Source of the DNA: Candidatus Methanophaga sp. AG-394-G06
GTDB taxonomy: Archaea; Halobacteriota; Syntropharchaeia; Alkanophagales; Methanospirareceae
DNA length: 64,000 bases
Assembly (NCBI GenBank): GCA_009903405.1
Contig: PRCZ01000002.1
Span: 912-64,911 of the forward strand
Direction: 5' to 3'
The number at the start of each line of letters is the position of its first letter. Positions within the stretch are counted from its first letter, which is position 1. The translations under genes were made by a program, and so were the position numbers. Shown here piece after piece: positions 9,541-20,350 of this stretch. The notes under the pieces are model-generated. The model was given only the letters and a program-made list of their open reading frames with translations. It did no database searches and had not been told where the DNA came from.

Positions 9541-10860
9541 ATGAACGGTAAAGAGAGAATAATAGAGACGGCGGTATGTCCATTCTGCGCCTGTTTATGT
9601 GATGATGTGGTTATTTCGGTAGACGTAGAGCGAAACAGAATAAAAGAGATAAGAAATGCTTGCACATTCGGCGTTGAAAAGTTCTTATCGGCGGAGAAGG
9701 CCGAGCAAAGGCTAAAGAAGCCAGCAGTAAACGGTAAAGAGACGGATTATGACGATGCAATAGAAAAGGCGGTGGAGATACTAAATGCTGCGAATAAGCC
9801 GCTTATCTATGGGCTTGGCAATAGTGGCTATAACGCTCAGCGGATAGCGTTAGAAATAGCGAAGCTAAAGAAGGGCGTATATGACATCACGGAATCAATC
9901 TGCCATAATCTTCTGTATTTGGAATTAATGAAGAAGGGCCCTTTTTACTATGCTCTGCTAGATGAGATAAGAGACAACGCCCAGGTCGTCATTTACTGGG
10001 GCGCTAATCCCGTTGTGTCGCATCCAAGACACCTTTCCAAGTACTCTGTATATCCAGTTGGAAGGTATGCAATGAAGGGTGTGATGGATAGGGAACTGAT
10101 TACTATTGATGTGGCTGACAGCGAGTTGAAGAAGATCTCAAGATGGTTCTTGCGTGTTAATCCGGGAGAGGATGCGGAAATAGCGGATATTTTGCGGCGG
10201 CTGGTAAAAGGTGAGTTGTTAAAAGAAGAGCTAACGGGCGGGATGGACATTGATACACTAAGGAAAATGGCAGATAGGCTGAAGAAGGCATTTTATGGTG
10301 TTATCTTCGTGGGCCTTGGTATCTTATCAAATAAAAACGGATCAAAGAGCATTGAAGCCATTTTAGCTCTCGTTGATGCGCTAAACAAGGAAGACGTGAA
10401 TTTCGTATTGTTTCCAATGAAGGGGCATTTTAATGTGCTCGGTGCAGTGAATCTCTTGTTACGTGAGACAGGTTATCCATTTGGCGTGGATTTCTCACGT
10501 GACACTATTTTTGAGCCGGGTAAGACGACAGTTTTGGATGTGATAGCTAGGGGAGAGGTAGATGCTGCATTAATCGTTGGTGCAGACCCTTTCTCTTCGT
10601 TCCCAATGGAAATCGCACGGAAATTGCGCGATCTGCCAATAATCTTGATTGACCCTTTTGAAACACCGACTACGCAGTTCGCATCTGTTGCAATCCCCAC
10701 TGCAATTACGGGTGTCGAGACGGAAGAGATAGCGTATCGGATGGATGGCCTCCCATTGAAGCTCGAAAAAATCGTTGATTGCGAATATCTCGCGGATAAG
10801 GATATTTTGGAGCAGATACTTAAAGGGGTGAATGAATCACAAATACCAAATCGGAAATAA
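9541..10860 (+). CDS. fwdB: Formylmethanofuran dehydrogenase subunit B (Mo/W-pterin)
   Basis: CPFCACLCDD..NAC Fe-S motif, SICH ligand, YWGANP..SHPRH, MKGHFNV.G, YRMDG. Confidence 0.85.
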   Translation: MNGKERIIETAVCPFCACLCDDVVISVDVERNRIKEIRNACTFGVEKFLSAEKAEQRLKKPAVNGKETDYDDAIEKAVEILNAANKPLIYGLGNSGYNAQRIALEIAKLKKGVYDITESICHNLLYLELMKKGPFYYALLDEIRDNAQVVIYWGANPVVSHPRHLSKYSVYPVGRYAMKGVMDRELITIDVADSELKKISRWFLRVNPGEDAEIADILRRLVKGELLKEELTGGMDIDTLRKMADRLKKAFYGVIFVGLGILSNKNGSKSIEAILALVDALNKEDVNFVLFPMKGHFNVLGAVNLLLRETGYPFGVDFSRDTIFEPGKTTVLDVIARGEVDAALIVGADPFSSFPMEIARKLRDLPIILIDPFETPTTQFASVAIPTAITGVETEEIAYRMDGLPLKLEKIVDCEYLADKDILEQILKGVNESQIPNRK

Positions 10861-10866
10861 AAGTAA

Positions 10867-11967
10867 ATGACCGAACTAACGCTTTCCGGGACAGTTGTAT
10901 ATGGCGATGAATTCGAGGAAATGGCAGGGTATGTGGTAATAGAAGATGGAAAGCTAAAAGAAATCGGTGAGGGGCAGATAGAATCAGCAGTAGAAGGCAT
11001 TATAATTCCGGCTTTCGTCAATGCACATACACACATCGGCGATTCGGTAGCAAAAGAGCCTGATATTATGCCTTTAGAGAACTTAGTGGGTCCCGGAGGG
11101 TATAAACATAAAATATTGGGAGAAACAGCACATGAAACGCTTGTTTCCGCGATGAGCGATGCCATTGCTGACATTTTTGCTACTGGTACACAGATGTTCG
11201 CGGATTTCCGTGAAGGTGGCATTTCGGGTATGCAAGCATTGGAAGAAGCTTTCAATCTGGCTGGAAGGCGCGAGAATTTAAGTATGAAATCATTCGGCAG
11301 AATGACAGAGAAAGCGAAGCGTAGCGATGAAGATATTAACGGGCTTTTTGAAGCTGTGGATGGACTCGGGCTGAGCAGTGTGGCGGACTATCCGCAGGCA
11401 GAGTTGATATTTTTGGCCGATGAGACGAAGAGAAGGGGGAAAATGTTCGCACTTCACGCGGGTGAAAGGAATGCCGATGACATAAGTGGCGCGATAGAAC
11501 TTGAGCCCGACTTCATCGTGCATCTTATACATGCATCACCGCAGGACTTCAAGAGGATGCATGATATGGATATTGATTCTGTCGTCTGTATTCGGTCAAA
11601 TCTGGTGACTGGTATGGGACTGCCGCCTTTGCTTCAAATGCTTGAGTCTGGATTAGCTGTGGGTGTCGGCACAGATAACGTGATGCTCAACTCGCCTAAT
11701 ATGTTCTCCGAGCTGGAATTCATCGCCAAGATTTTTCGGCTCGATGAAAGAGAAGTAATGAAGATGTGCACACTTAATTCCGCAAAGATACTGAATGAGG
11801 AAAAATTCACGGGGTCCATAGAAGAGGGTAAAAAGGCGAATTTGTTGGTGATAAAAAACGACACGCCAAATATGCGAAACGTGAGGAATCCAATAAGAGG
11901 GGTGGTGAGGAGAGCGACACGTGATGATATAGCAGCGATAGTGCATGAAGGGGTGATTGTGCAGTGA
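10867..11967 (+). CDS. Metal-dependent amidohydrolase/deaminase
   Basis: NAHTHIGD, LHAGE, VH, GTDN motifs. Confidence 0.85.
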   Translation: MTELTLSGTVVYGDEFEEMAGYVVIEDGKLKEIGEGQIESAVEGIIIPAFVNAHTHIGDSVAKEPDIMPLENLVGPGGYKHKILGETAHETLVSAMSDAIADIFATGTQMFADFREGGISGMQALEEAFNLAGRRENLSMKSFGRMTEKAKRSDEDINGLFEAVDGLGLSSVADYPQAELIFLADETKRRGKMFALHAGERNADDISGAIELEPDFIVHLIHASPQDFKRMHDMDIDSVVCIRSNLVTGMGLPPLLQMLESGLAVGVGTDNVMLNSPNMFSELEFIAKIFRLDEREVMKMCTLNSAKILNEEKFTGSIEEGKKANLLVIKNDTPNMRNVRNPIRGVVRRATRDDIAAIVHEGVIVQ

Positions 11968-12082
11968 CTTGATAAACAAGAGATATGCAAGTTATTTATA
12001 TTCATCCGGAGGGAAGAAACTAATAAAGATGGAAAAGATAAAGCGCGAAGAAACAGTGGGAAAAGTCTAAAATAATTTTTGA

Positions 12083-12676
12083 TCATTTTAACTTTTGTAA
12101 AATGCTATCGACCATTCGCAAATCATCTCGTGTATTAACATTTATGCCAAGTAAAGGATCATTAAACAAAAAAGGTATCGTATCTTTAGAACTCGTGACC
12201 ACATTGATGCCACAGGAAACGAGTTCTTTACCTTCATGCTCGAACGTGTAGCTTGGTATTACCTTCTTTGGCACTATCTTCCGGGAAACAGCGCCTGTGA
12301 TGCTAGTGCGGTGCGAGGAAAAAGCGTCTAGCATCGCATTAATATGCTCAGTTCTTAAAAACGGGATGTCACATGCAACTGATATGAATTCTGGATAACA
12401 CGAGAGCAGATATTGCAAATCTTCGTGATAACCCGCCCCTGGTGTTGCTACTGTTTTATATCTTACACGTTTGCAATACGCCTCTGTTTCTGGTGTGTTG
12501 TCTGAGATAGCCACGATAAAATCCGATACTCTTGATTTGGAAACGCTCTCGACAACCAAATCTATTAGTCGCTTTCCATCTATCTTTGTAACTGCCTTCT
12601 CACCCCCTCTATGCCACCCCATTCTGCTGCTCTTCCCACCTGCAAGGATTATCGCAATCATTACATTAAACCCCAA
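12083..12676 (-). CDS. cobY: NTP transferase, probable adenosylcobinamide-phosphate guanylyltransferase
   Basis: LAGGKSSRM..EK, TPGAGYHEDL, ACDIP, INVNTRDDL. Confidence 0.75.
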   Translation of the reverse strand: MGFNVMIAIILAGGKSSRMGWHRGGEKAVTKIDGKRLIDLVVESVSKSRVSDFIVAISDNTPETEAYCKRVRYKTVATPGAGYHEDLQYLLSCYPEFISVACDIPFLRTEHINAMLDAFSSHRTSITGAVSRKIVPKKVIPSYTFEHEGKELVSCGINVVTSSKDTIPFLFNDPLLGINVNTRDDLRMVDSILQKLK

Positions 12677-12737
12677 ATTTTAATTGCTCTCTGAATAGTA
12701 AAATTTATATCTTTATAGCTCAATTATACAATGAGAC

Positions 12738-13226
12738 TTGAAAATGAGGATAAAATCATCGGCTGAAATAGCACAGATACTAAAAGAGAAATGGGATAAG
12801 AGCAAGAATAGGGAAGACTGGAGAGTACTATCCGGACGAAATCCAAAAGGTCGGTATGACATGTTCATCTCCAGCTCTGAGCGTATATGGCAGATAAAAA
12901 TTGAGCATACGGGACGTAATGAAGCGATGGGATTTGGCTGTGAAGTAGGGAAAACCGATGATGAAATAGGAAAGCTTATGGTTACAGGCGCGCCAGTTCC
13001 TTTCGGTTTGATCTCGCCTCAAAAGGCCGATCCTGCCATTATAATGGCCGGTATGCAGCAATATTCCTCTGATTCTGCTAATGCGCTTTCTACGGACTAT
13101 ATATCAGAAAAGCAAGCGAAGCTGGATGAGAAGTTGGACCTGGAGATAGAGCGAATGAATAGTGATCCAATGTTAAGAAGAAGGTATAGAGAGCAGAAAG
13201 AGCGGGAGCGAACCCCTTATTTGTGA
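12738..13226 (+). CDS. Hypothetical protein
   Basis: 162-aa ORF with host-like composition, overlapping the start of the next gene. Confidence 0.6.
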   Translation: MKMRIKSSAEIAQILKEKWDKSKNREDWRVLSGRNPKGRYDMFISSSERIWQIKIEHTGRNEAMGFGCEVGKTDDEIGKLMVTGAPVPFGLISPQKADPAIIMAGMQQYSSDSANALSTDYISEKQAKLDEKLDLEIERMNSDPMLRRRYREQKERERTPYL

Positions 13227-13813
13227 TGGTGTTGCATATAAACAAAAAGGGGATAAGAGTACTCGGTATTGCAGAAAGCTTCAAGCGCGGAGAAGAGAAG
13301 TCAGTGCTTGCAGGTGTCGTTATGCGGTCAGATAACATTATAGACGGCGTTGTTTTCGACAGTATAGCCGTAGGCGGAATGGATGCTACCGACGGGATTT
13401 TACGCCTATTCCAATCTCTTCAGCGAGATGATATAAACGTGATGATGCTAAATGGATGTGTCATCAGTTGGTTTAACATCGTGGATATAAAGACGGTATA
13501 CAAAAAGCTGCGTATTCCGCTAATCTGTGTCACTTACGAGGAATCGGAAGGTTTGGAAGAGCATATAACCAAGCATTTTGCAACAAGTGAGTGCGATTTA
13601 CGGATAGCCGCCTATAGAATGCTTGGAAACCGTGTGCCTGTGAAACTGCATGATAATTTTGAGATATTAATACGTTTTCTAGGTATGCAAAAAGCCGAAG
13701 CTGGCGCGCTGCTTAAAAAATTCATCTTACATGGCAAAGTGCCCGAGCCATTAAGGGTTGCGAAGATAGCTGCAAGGGCAATCATCAGAACGAATAAAAC
13801 GTTCTTTTGGTAA
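13223..13813 (+). CDS. DUF99 (endonuclease V-like) family protein
   Basis: RVLGIAESF, VGGMDAT, ISWFNIVD, VPEPLRVA. Confidence 0.85.
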   Translation: MMVLHINKKGIRVLGIAESFKRGEEKSVLAGVVMRSDNIIDGVVFDSIAVGGMDATDGILRLFQSLQRDDINVMMLNGCVISWFNIVDIKTVYKKLRIPLICVTYEESEGLEEHITKHFATSECDLRIAAYRMLGNRVPVKLHDNFEILIRFLGMQKAEAGALLKKFILHGKVPEPLRVAKIAARAIIRTNKTFFW

Positions 13814-13842
13814 ATAAAGCTTTTCTTACAAAGAAAAGGTTT
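13801..13842. repeat. REP-like palindromic repeat
   Basis: GTTCTTTTGGTA..AAGCTTTTCTTACAAAGAAAAGGTTT; relatives at 45906-45942 and (reverse) 50731-50769. Confidence 0.65.
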
Positions 13843-14800
13843 ATAGCAGCACATCTATATCCAACTGCTCTGATAATTCTTTGTATCTGTTCCGGATCGT
13901 AACTTCTGTCACACCCGTAACATCTGATACTTCTTTCTGTGTGCGATGTTCACCACTTAATATTGCCGCGATATAAATAGCTGCGGCTGCTATGCCTATC
14001 GGCCCTCGCCCATTGGTCAGTTCCGCTTCCGATGCTTTTTTTATTATCTCTACTGCTTTTGACCTTATCTCACCGCTCAGATCGAGTTGGGAGCAGAAAC
14101 GAGGCACGAAGTCTACAGGAGAAGCAGGCGTGACTTTCAGATCTAGCTCACGTAAAAGGAATCGATAGGCTCTACTTATCTCCTTCTGCCCGACCCGAGA
14201 CACATCCCTGACTTCTTCCAGAGTTCGCGGCACACCATACTGCCTACAACAAACATACAAGATCGCAGAGGTTATTCCTTCTATGCTCCGCCCGCGAATT
14301 AGATGCTTCTTCATTGCCTTCCTATATAGCATAGATGCCGCCTCACGGATATTTATCGGTAATCTAAGCGCACTTGCCATCCGATCTATCTCAGAAAGTG
14401 CAAAAATAAAGCTCCGCTCTGTTGTATTCGCAATGTGAGTCCACTGTTGCCTTTTCTTTAGCTTATATTGGCCCTGACCCGGTGAACTCCAGGTGACAAG
14501 TGTGCTAAGGCCCTTGTCATGTATCCGATAAGTCATCGGTGCTCCAACCCTAGCCCTTTTTGACGCCTGCTCGGAATCAAAGGCTCGCCATTCAGGTCCA
14601 AGATCCACGATATTCTCGGCTATTACCAGTCCACAATCAGCACAGAAAAGCTCTGCTTTACCATAATCTCTTACCAAGTTCTTAGAACCACACTCAGGGC
14701 ATTCTTTTAGCTTCTCTTCAGCGTCCGCTTTAGCTTTATCCCCTCTCCGTCTATTTCCATTATACTTCCCCTTTTCCTCAATACTCTCTGGGGACACCAT
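13841..14800 (-). CDS. tfb: Transcription initiation factor IIB
   Basis: CPECGS Zn ribbon, [32 protein letters not shown]. Confidence 0.95.
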   Translation of the reverse strand: MVSPESIEEKGKYNGNRRRGDKAKADAEEKLKECPECGSKNLVRDYGKAELFCADCGLVIAENIVDLGPEWRAFDSEQASKRARVGAPMTYRIHDKGLSTLVTWSSPGQGQYKLKKRQQWTHIANTTERSFIFALSEIDRMASALRLPINIREAASMLYRKAMKKHLIRGRSIEGITSAILYVCCRQYGVPRTLEEVRDVSRVGQKEISRAYRFLLRELDLKVTPASPVDFVPRFCSQLDLSGEIRSKAVEIIKKASEAELTNGRGPIGIAAAAIYIAAILSGEHRTQKEVSDVTGVTEVTIRNRYKELSEQLDIDVLL

Positions 14801-14812
14801 TTTTTATTTACT

Positions 14813-15445
14813 TTACTCCTTAGGCATATATAAATGAACAGTTTTCCAAGATCGTCTCACGTAAGCGGGAATATTGTCCAGCTCTTTCCCTTTTAGTAGC
14901 CCTTTTAGAAATTGAATGGTTTTCAGGTCCGCAGGGTATCCACTTCCTATCTCTGCTCCTATCTCCGCCTCAATCACTCTTATAGATCTATCTCGGTGTA
15001 CCTTCGCAACTATAGATGCTGCGCTGACAACGGGGTAGTGATCATCCGCTTTCCACTCAGAGGTTATTCCGAGCTCCCCGACCCCCTTGTAGTTCGACCT
15101 AAGATTAGCCGCGAACCGCTCTGGCTTTACATCCGCAGCATCAACAAAAGCCCGGGCCGGCTGAAAATGGTTGATCACTTCGGAAAAGAGGTCGACCGTG
15201 ATTTCATTTAAAGTACGCTCTTCTCTCGCTTTGTCTATCTCGCTTGCAGTTATCGCCACGACATAAACCTCGGTCGCATCTTCTATAATTTTCGCCAGGT
15301 ATTCTCTTCTCGAAGCGCTCAATCGCTTTGAATCTTTTACCCCTAGCTCTTCCAGCCCATCATAATTTAAAACACCGGCAACAAACATAGACCCTATTAC
15401 AGGACCTCTACCCGCTTCGTCAACACCTATCTCTCTTAGTTCCAT
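14813..15445 (-). CDS. rnhB: Ribonuclease HII
   Basis: GVDEAGRGPVIG, VKDSK, VSAASIVAKV.RD, GSGYP. Confidence 0.95.
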   Translation of the reverse strand: MELREIGVDEAGRGPVIGSMFVAGVLNYDGLEELGVKDSKRLSASRREYLAKIIEDATEVYVVAITASEIDKAREERTLNEITVDLFSEVINHFQPARAFVDAADVKPERFAANLRSNYKGVGELGITSEWKADDHYPVVSAASIVAKVHRDRSIRVIEAEIGAEIGSGYPADLKTIQFLKGLLKGKELDNIPAYVRRSWKTVHLYMPKE

Positions 15446-15588
15446 CTTTTCAATACTTATATTTTCTCTTCAAGTATTTTTATTATCAGCAATTGATCGC
15501 TGAGACTTTTATGAGGTTGGGATGAGGAAGCAATGAGATATTTTAGACTTGGCGAGAGAGCAAGGATAATCACCTATTCCTCTTTTCG

Positions 15589-16466
15589 TTACGTCAAGCC
15601 TAATTTTTCTTCCATTTCCCTATCTTCCGCTTCTTTCATCCATCTATAAGTGATTCCATATTCTTTTATATATATCTTCAAAATCCCCATTAAATCTTTT
15701 AAAATACCGCCTTCGAGTTCAAGCAAATTTTTGCGTCTTCTTTTAACCTCTGTTTTGCACTCTTTAACCTCTTTTCCTTCTCTGAAACGGAGAAACTCCT
15801 TGCCGTATAAACTCCAGAATTTATGATATGTATAGTGCTCGTTTAACTCTTGCTGATTCTTAACAATTAGCTCTGAAATGAATCCAAAATTTTTGTCGGT
15901 AGCTTCAAAACGGCTTTTTTTCTCAGGTTTTTCACTTTTTCTATATTCTTCAAATCTCTCCGAAACAGTGTTTCTGAAATCCGGCAGTGATTTAATTTCA
16001 TCTGCAAACTCTTTCAAGCTCTCTTTTAACTTTTCCACCACATTATCATGCACTTCTATTTTTTAGTGACTTTTGAATAAGCTGTCTTAAAATCATCATA
16101 GATAAGTTTCTTTATGCCCCAAAATGGGAACGTAAGTTCTGTAATATTAGTAACATATCGGATATTCCTTATTTTTTCCCATCCAAAATCCCCCTTCTTC
16201 AAGTAACTTTTCTGGCTCTCCAATCTTTTAACCAGAGGATTAATTACAAAATCAGAGATTTCTTGAATGCGTGGCTTCTTTTTCTCTCTTTGCTGTTCCC
16301 GTAAGAGTAAATAAGTTAAAGTTGCGTAAATTACCGTGGCTGTTGCTATTACCACAGAAGACAACGCATTTGCGTAATATTCCAAATTGTAAATCAAGAT
16401 GATAGCTGGTGGTAAAACAAATATCGCTATCAAGGAAAATATGACTCCGATAGCTTTTTTATCCAT
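15589..16466 (-). pseudogene. AT-rich membrane-anchored hypothetical gene split by a frameshift in an A6 run
   Basis: ORF 16056-16466 ends ACT AAA AAA TAG; one extra A gives ..KKIEVHDNVV.. in frame with ORF 15589-16053. Confidence 0.6.
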
Positions 16467-16495
16467 TTATATAGGTTCTTCACCCCCTTCGCCTT

Positions 16496-16609
16496 TCATT
16501 TCTGTTCTGAAAGACTTGCAAGCAGTTCCGCATTGCTTAGTGCTTCTGCACAATACTTCGCTAATCTTTCTCGTGGTCGCCCATCCAGCGGTAAATCCCT
16601 TGTCTTCAT
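16496..16609 (-). pseudogene. radC: RadC N-terminal remnant
   Basis: [31 protein letters not shown] matches the RadC N-terminus; truncated after 37 codons; ATGA overlap with the trxB remnant. Confidence 0.7.
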
Positions 16610-17066
16610 TTTATCCCCTTTGATTTGTTTTTCCGTAAATCGTCATATGCGGAGGTGGCAGCGATAGCGCCTTCCGCACATGCTACTACTATTTGTCTCA
16701 CGCCACCGGTTATGTCCCCTGCAGCATATACCCGCTCGAGGTTCGTTCTCTGGCTTTTATCTGTAATTATGTAACCTCTTTTATGCATCTTAATACCCAT
16801 TTGCGTGGCTAACCCATTTACGTGGCTAACCCATTTACGGGCTCTTCGCCTTTTGTGAGATATGAGTCCTTTTTCGTGATTATTGTCATCTCTTCCGCCT
16901 TGGACTCTACCTTTTTAACTTCTTCCAGCTCGTTTGATAATCCGTCGCATATCCCCTTATCAAGCACTAGTGTCTCCAATCCGCTTCTTACGGCATACAT
17001 CCCCGTGGTTATTCCTACGGGACCCGTTCTGACAACAATCAAATCTTTTTTCATAATCTCAACCAC
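16606..17066 (-). pseudogene. trxB: Thioredoxin reductase remnant with large internal deletions and a frameshift
   Basis: N-terminal degenerate FAD motif (IVVRTGPVGITTGMYAVRSG) and C-terminal [25 protein letters not shown]; central CxxC/NADPH domain absent. Confidence 0.8.
16795..16839. repeat. 17-bp tandem duplication inside the trxB remnant
   Basis: ACCCATTTGCGTGGCTA ACCCATTTACGTGGCTA ACCCATTTACG. Confidence 0.85.
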
Positions 17067-17115
17067 AGGAAAATACGATTATTTTATAAGCACGTACTTA
17101 TTATAAATGCTCATA

Positions 17116-17188
17116 GGGCCCGTGGTCTAGTTGGAATGACGTCGCCTTGACATGGCGGAGGTCATGCGTTCAAATCGCATCGGGCCCA
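17116..17188 (+). tRNA. tRNA-Val(GAC)
   Basis: GGGCCCG acceptor stem pairs with CGGGCCC-A; anticodon loop TTGACAT; T-loop TTCAAAT. Confidence 0.93.
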
Positions 17189-17348
17189 TAGAATCTCCCC
17201 AAAAAGCGGGAAATTTTTGTGCCTGCCGATAATGCAAAATGAAAAGAGCAAAAGTCAAAGTACAACAGATGGCGACAATAAGTGTTTTTGTGGCTGTCTC
17301 ACAATTGATTTTGAATTGTTGGAGAGCCCCTCAAAATCAGTAACAAAA

Positions 17349-17648
17349 TTATGTCCCTCCTTTTTGCGGGCTCAAATGTTCAGCGCGTATAAATAAATCC
17401 TTCTTCCGCTTCGAATCCGCTATCTCAACGATGTAAGCTCTCCCTCGCGTCCCTTTCACCTCGCCCGTCAAGCCGTGGAATCTATGATGTGGCATACCCT
17501 TATGAATGCTGGGGTCTATACGAATGTGCACTTTCTCTCCTAGTTCAAAGCTTTGGATGGCTCTACTTATAGGGGACAATCCTCGCTCTCTCTTCCTTTT
17601 GCTCAACTTCTTCCTTGTTCTTTTCCTCTCTCCATGTGAACGTGGCAT
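17349..17648 (-). CDS. rpl21e: 50S ribosomal protein L21e
   Basis: [30 protein letters not shown]. Confidence 0.95.
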   Translation of the reverse strand: MPRSHGERKRTRKKLSKRKRERGLSPISRAIQSFELGEKVHIRIDPSIHKGMPHHRFHGLTGEVKGTRGRAYIVEIADSKRKKDLFIRAEHLSPQKGGT

Positions 17649-17727
17649 TTCTTCTACCTCAGCAAATAAATGGTTATTCTTCTATATATATTTGTGTTTT
17701 TTATACGAAAAGACCTAAATTTTTATT

Positions 17728-19020
17728 ATGAGAAAGATGAGAACATCGCGAATATCTGGTTTTTATAAGCTAAGAGTAGAAGAGCGATTAGAGAAGCTAA
17801 GCGATTTTGCAGATCTAACAGAAGAGGAGCTAAAAGTACTTGGCAATACCGGGGCACTTGGAGAGATAGCGGACAGAATGATAGAGAACGTTGTTGGCAC
17901 CATGCCATTGCCAGTAGGAATTGCCGTGAATTTCGTTATCAATGGCAAAGATCATCTGATACCAATGGCAATAGAAGAGCCGTCTGTGGTCGCAGCAGCA
18001 AGCAATGCGGCAAAAATCGCACGGCAAAAGGGTGGGTTTCAGGCAGGTTCCACAGACCCTATAATGATCGGACAGATACAGGTGACGGAGGTTTCCGATC
18101 CGGCATCTGCGAAATTCAGCATTCTCACACATAAGCAAGAGATTTTAGACAGTGCGAATGAAAATGACCCTGTGCTTGTGAGCCTTGGCGGTGGTGCGAA
18201 AGACCTCGAGGTAGAGGTCATTGATACGCTTGCAGGACCCATGGTGATAGTCCATCTTTTAGTCAACGTTAAGGATGCGATGGGTGCGAATGCGGTAAAT
18301 ACTATGGCTGAAGCGGTTGCACCATTTATTGAGCAACTCACGAATGGCAAAGTGAATCTGCGCATCATCTCTAATCTCGCAACGCACAGGTTAGCGTTTG
18401 CACGTGCGGTTTTTGCAAAAGACGATATCGGTGGCGAGGATGTTGTTGATGGTGTCATCAGCGCGTACCTGCTTGCAAAGTCCGATCCGTACAGATGTGC
18501 AACCCATAACAAGGGTATAATGAATGGTATAGACCCGGTTGTAATAGCCACAGGTAACGATTTCCGCGCGATTGAGGCGGGCGCACATTCGTACGCCAGT
18601 ATTACCGGGCAATATCTACCATTAACCAAATGGGAAAAGGATAAGAACCATGATCTGGTTGGTACTATTGAACTGCCCATTGCGGTCGGCCTTGTTGGTG
18701 GTGCCACAACGGTTCATCCGACAGCGAAGATAAATGTCAAGATACTTGGTGTGAAGACGGCAAACGAGCTTGCGGAAATCATCGCCGCTGTGGGTCTAGC
18801 GCAGAATTTCGCGGCACTTCGCGCTTTAGCAACTGAAGGCATTCAACGTGGGCATATGTCCCTACATGCAAGGAATGTCGCCATATCAGCCGGTGCGAAG
18901 GGTGAAATGATAGACAAGGTGGTGGAAGTCATGGTGAGGGAGAAGAAGGTGAGAATCGATAGGGCGAAGGAAGTGCTGGCTGATTTTTTTACATCCACTG
19001 GAGATAATGTTCACGTATGA
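17728..19020 (+). CDS. mvaA: Hydroxymethylglutaryl-CoA reductase, class II
   Basis: [44 protein letters not shown]. Confidence 0.93.
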   Translation: MRKMRTSRISGFYKLRVEERLEKLSDFADLTEEELKVLGNTGALGEIADRMIENVVGTMPLPVGIAVNFVINGKDHLIPMAIEEPSVVAAASNAAKIARQKGGFQAGSTDPIMIGQIQVTEVSDPASAKFSILTHKQEILDSANENDPVLVSLGGGAKDLEVEVIDTLAGPMVIVHLLVNVKDAMGANAVNTMAEAVAPFIEQLTNGKVNLRIISNLATHRLAFARAVFAKDDIGGEDVVDGVISAYLLAKSDPYRCATHNKGIMNGIDPVVIATGNDFRAIEAGAHSYASITGQYLPLTKWEKDKNHDLVGTIELPIAVGLVGGATTVHPTAKINVKILGVKTANELAEIIAAVGLAQNFAALRALATEGIQRGHMSLHARNVAISAGAKGEMIDKVVEVMVREKKVRIDRAKEVLADFFTSTGDNVHV

Positions 19021-19642
19021 AATCGTAATTCCTTTTGACGTTACTCCGCCCTTTTAGTATCGCCCCATGTCCGGGCAGCAGAAGCTCGGTATCCAGCGTC
19101 GAAATCGTATTAATAGAGTTTATCAGCTCTTCATTGTTACCAAACGGCAAATCTGTTCGCCCTATGCCTTTATCAAATACCAAATCGCCCGAAATCAGTG
19201 TCTTCTTATCCACAGCGTAAAAGCAAATGCTCTCTGGGGAATGCCCGGGTGTATGCTGTATCCTCAACTCGGTGTGCTCTAAACTATCCTCAAACACAAA
19301 ATCCACCTCAAATTTCTTTGCTTCTATGCCTAAAACACGCGATGCTTCCTCTAATAGTATGTCACGATATTCCCATTGTGACACATGTACCGCAACTTTA
19401 GCACAGGAAACATCTTTAAGTGCTGCTGTTGCATCACAATGGTCAGGATGGAGATGCGTAATTGCTATAACATCTACTTCTTTTGGGGCTATGCCATCTT
19501 CCTGCATCTCTTTGAGTAGTAGTCCAAGGTAATTCCCCAGTCCCGGGTCTATAAGGACTGTTTGTTCTCCCCTTATCACGTACGTGTTTGCATCAAGCAC
19601 GCCCTTCTCTCTGTACATGTACACGCCATCTTGAAGTTTCAT
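18989..19642 (-). CDS. MBL-fold metallo-hydrolase
   Basis: THLHPDH, HTPGHS, SGD, PGHG. Confidence 0.9.
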   Translation of the reverse strand: MKLQDGVYMYREKGVLDANTYVIRGEQTVLIDPGLGNYLGLLLKEMQEDGIAPKEVDVIAITHLHPDHCDATAALKDVSCAKVAVHVSQWEYRDILLEEASRVLGIEAKKFEVDFVFEDSLEHTELRIQHTPGHSPESICFYAVDKKTLISGDLVFDKGIGRTDLPFGNNEELINSINTISTLDTELLLPGHGAILKGRSNVKRNYDFIREHYLQWM

Positions 19643-19708
19643 GTTCTTACTTTAAAAATATAAGTGGCTAATATAGCTAATATAAGAGGGGTGCAATAGA
19701 GAGAAGAA

Positions 19709-19843
19709 ATGCTCTGGCGGGAAGAACATCTGCTCGCAATCCTCAAAGTCGGGGAATTAAGCACTTCCGAAGTGGTTGTACGAGCGGATATGAGCAAAGC
19801 AACCAAATTGAATTTGAATATGGAACAGGTACCTTGGAAATAA
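19709..19843 (+). pseudogene. Winged-helix regulator N-terminal remnant
   Basis: MLWREEHLLAILKVGELSTSEVVVRADMSKAT resembles HTH helices 1-3, then truncates (44 aa). Confidence 0.4.
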
Positions 19844-20010
19844 TAGGTTCTGGAGTGGCGGGATTAGATGAAGTCCTTGGTGGCGCGTTCGTATCCCCAT
19901 CCATCATACTTATAGGTAGTAACGTTGGCACAGGTAAGACTACACTCGCACTACAAAGCCTGTTTATTGAGCAGATAAAGATAAAAGAGAAAATTGGGTT
20001 ATCAATATAA
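19834..20010 (+). pseudogene. KaiC/RAD55-type ATPase N-terminal remnant
   Basis: SGVAGLDEVLGGAF..PSIILIGSNVGTGKTTLALQ (degenerate Walker A); stop after 58 codons. Confidence 0.75.
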
Positions 20011-20157
20011 TTGTGTTAATTTTGTAAAATCTCGTGGTTTTTTGCCCTCGCTGTACAAATACACACAAGAAAATGACACACTTGGAAGAAACGATACCTA
20101 TTAGAAGCATACCCTAATTATATATGTAAAAGCTTATTTGTGTTTATGGAGCTAAAG

Positions 20158-20316
20158 ATGTTGGGTAAGCCGATAGAGACTTTGTTGGTGGAAGACAACC
20201 CGGGTGAGGTGTGTCTGACGCAAGAAGCACTCAGGGACGGTAAGATGCAAAACAACAGTCCAGACATCATCCTGCTCGATTTGAACCTACCGAAAATTTC
20301 TGGTTTACTATTGTGA
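20158..20316 (+). pseudogene. Single-domain response regulator (Rcp1-like) remnant
   Basis: [16 protein letters not shown]..joined directly to [12 protein letters not shown]; middle and C-terminus deleted. Confidence 0.75.
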
Positions 20317-20350
20317 AACTGCCACCAGAGGGAAGAGTGGAATGAAGAAA

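Noticed and set aside
10473-11255. 260-aa minus-strand ORF
   Set aside because: Antisense to fwdB and the amidohydrolase; Ser/Ile-rich shadow composition
16795-16839. Direct repeats resembling a mini-CRISPR
   Set aside because: 17-bp units are contiguous with no spacers; a simple tandem duplication
17116-17188. tRNA-Val as attachment site of an intact integrated element
   Set aside because: No integrase and no duplicated tRNA 3' end found in the window
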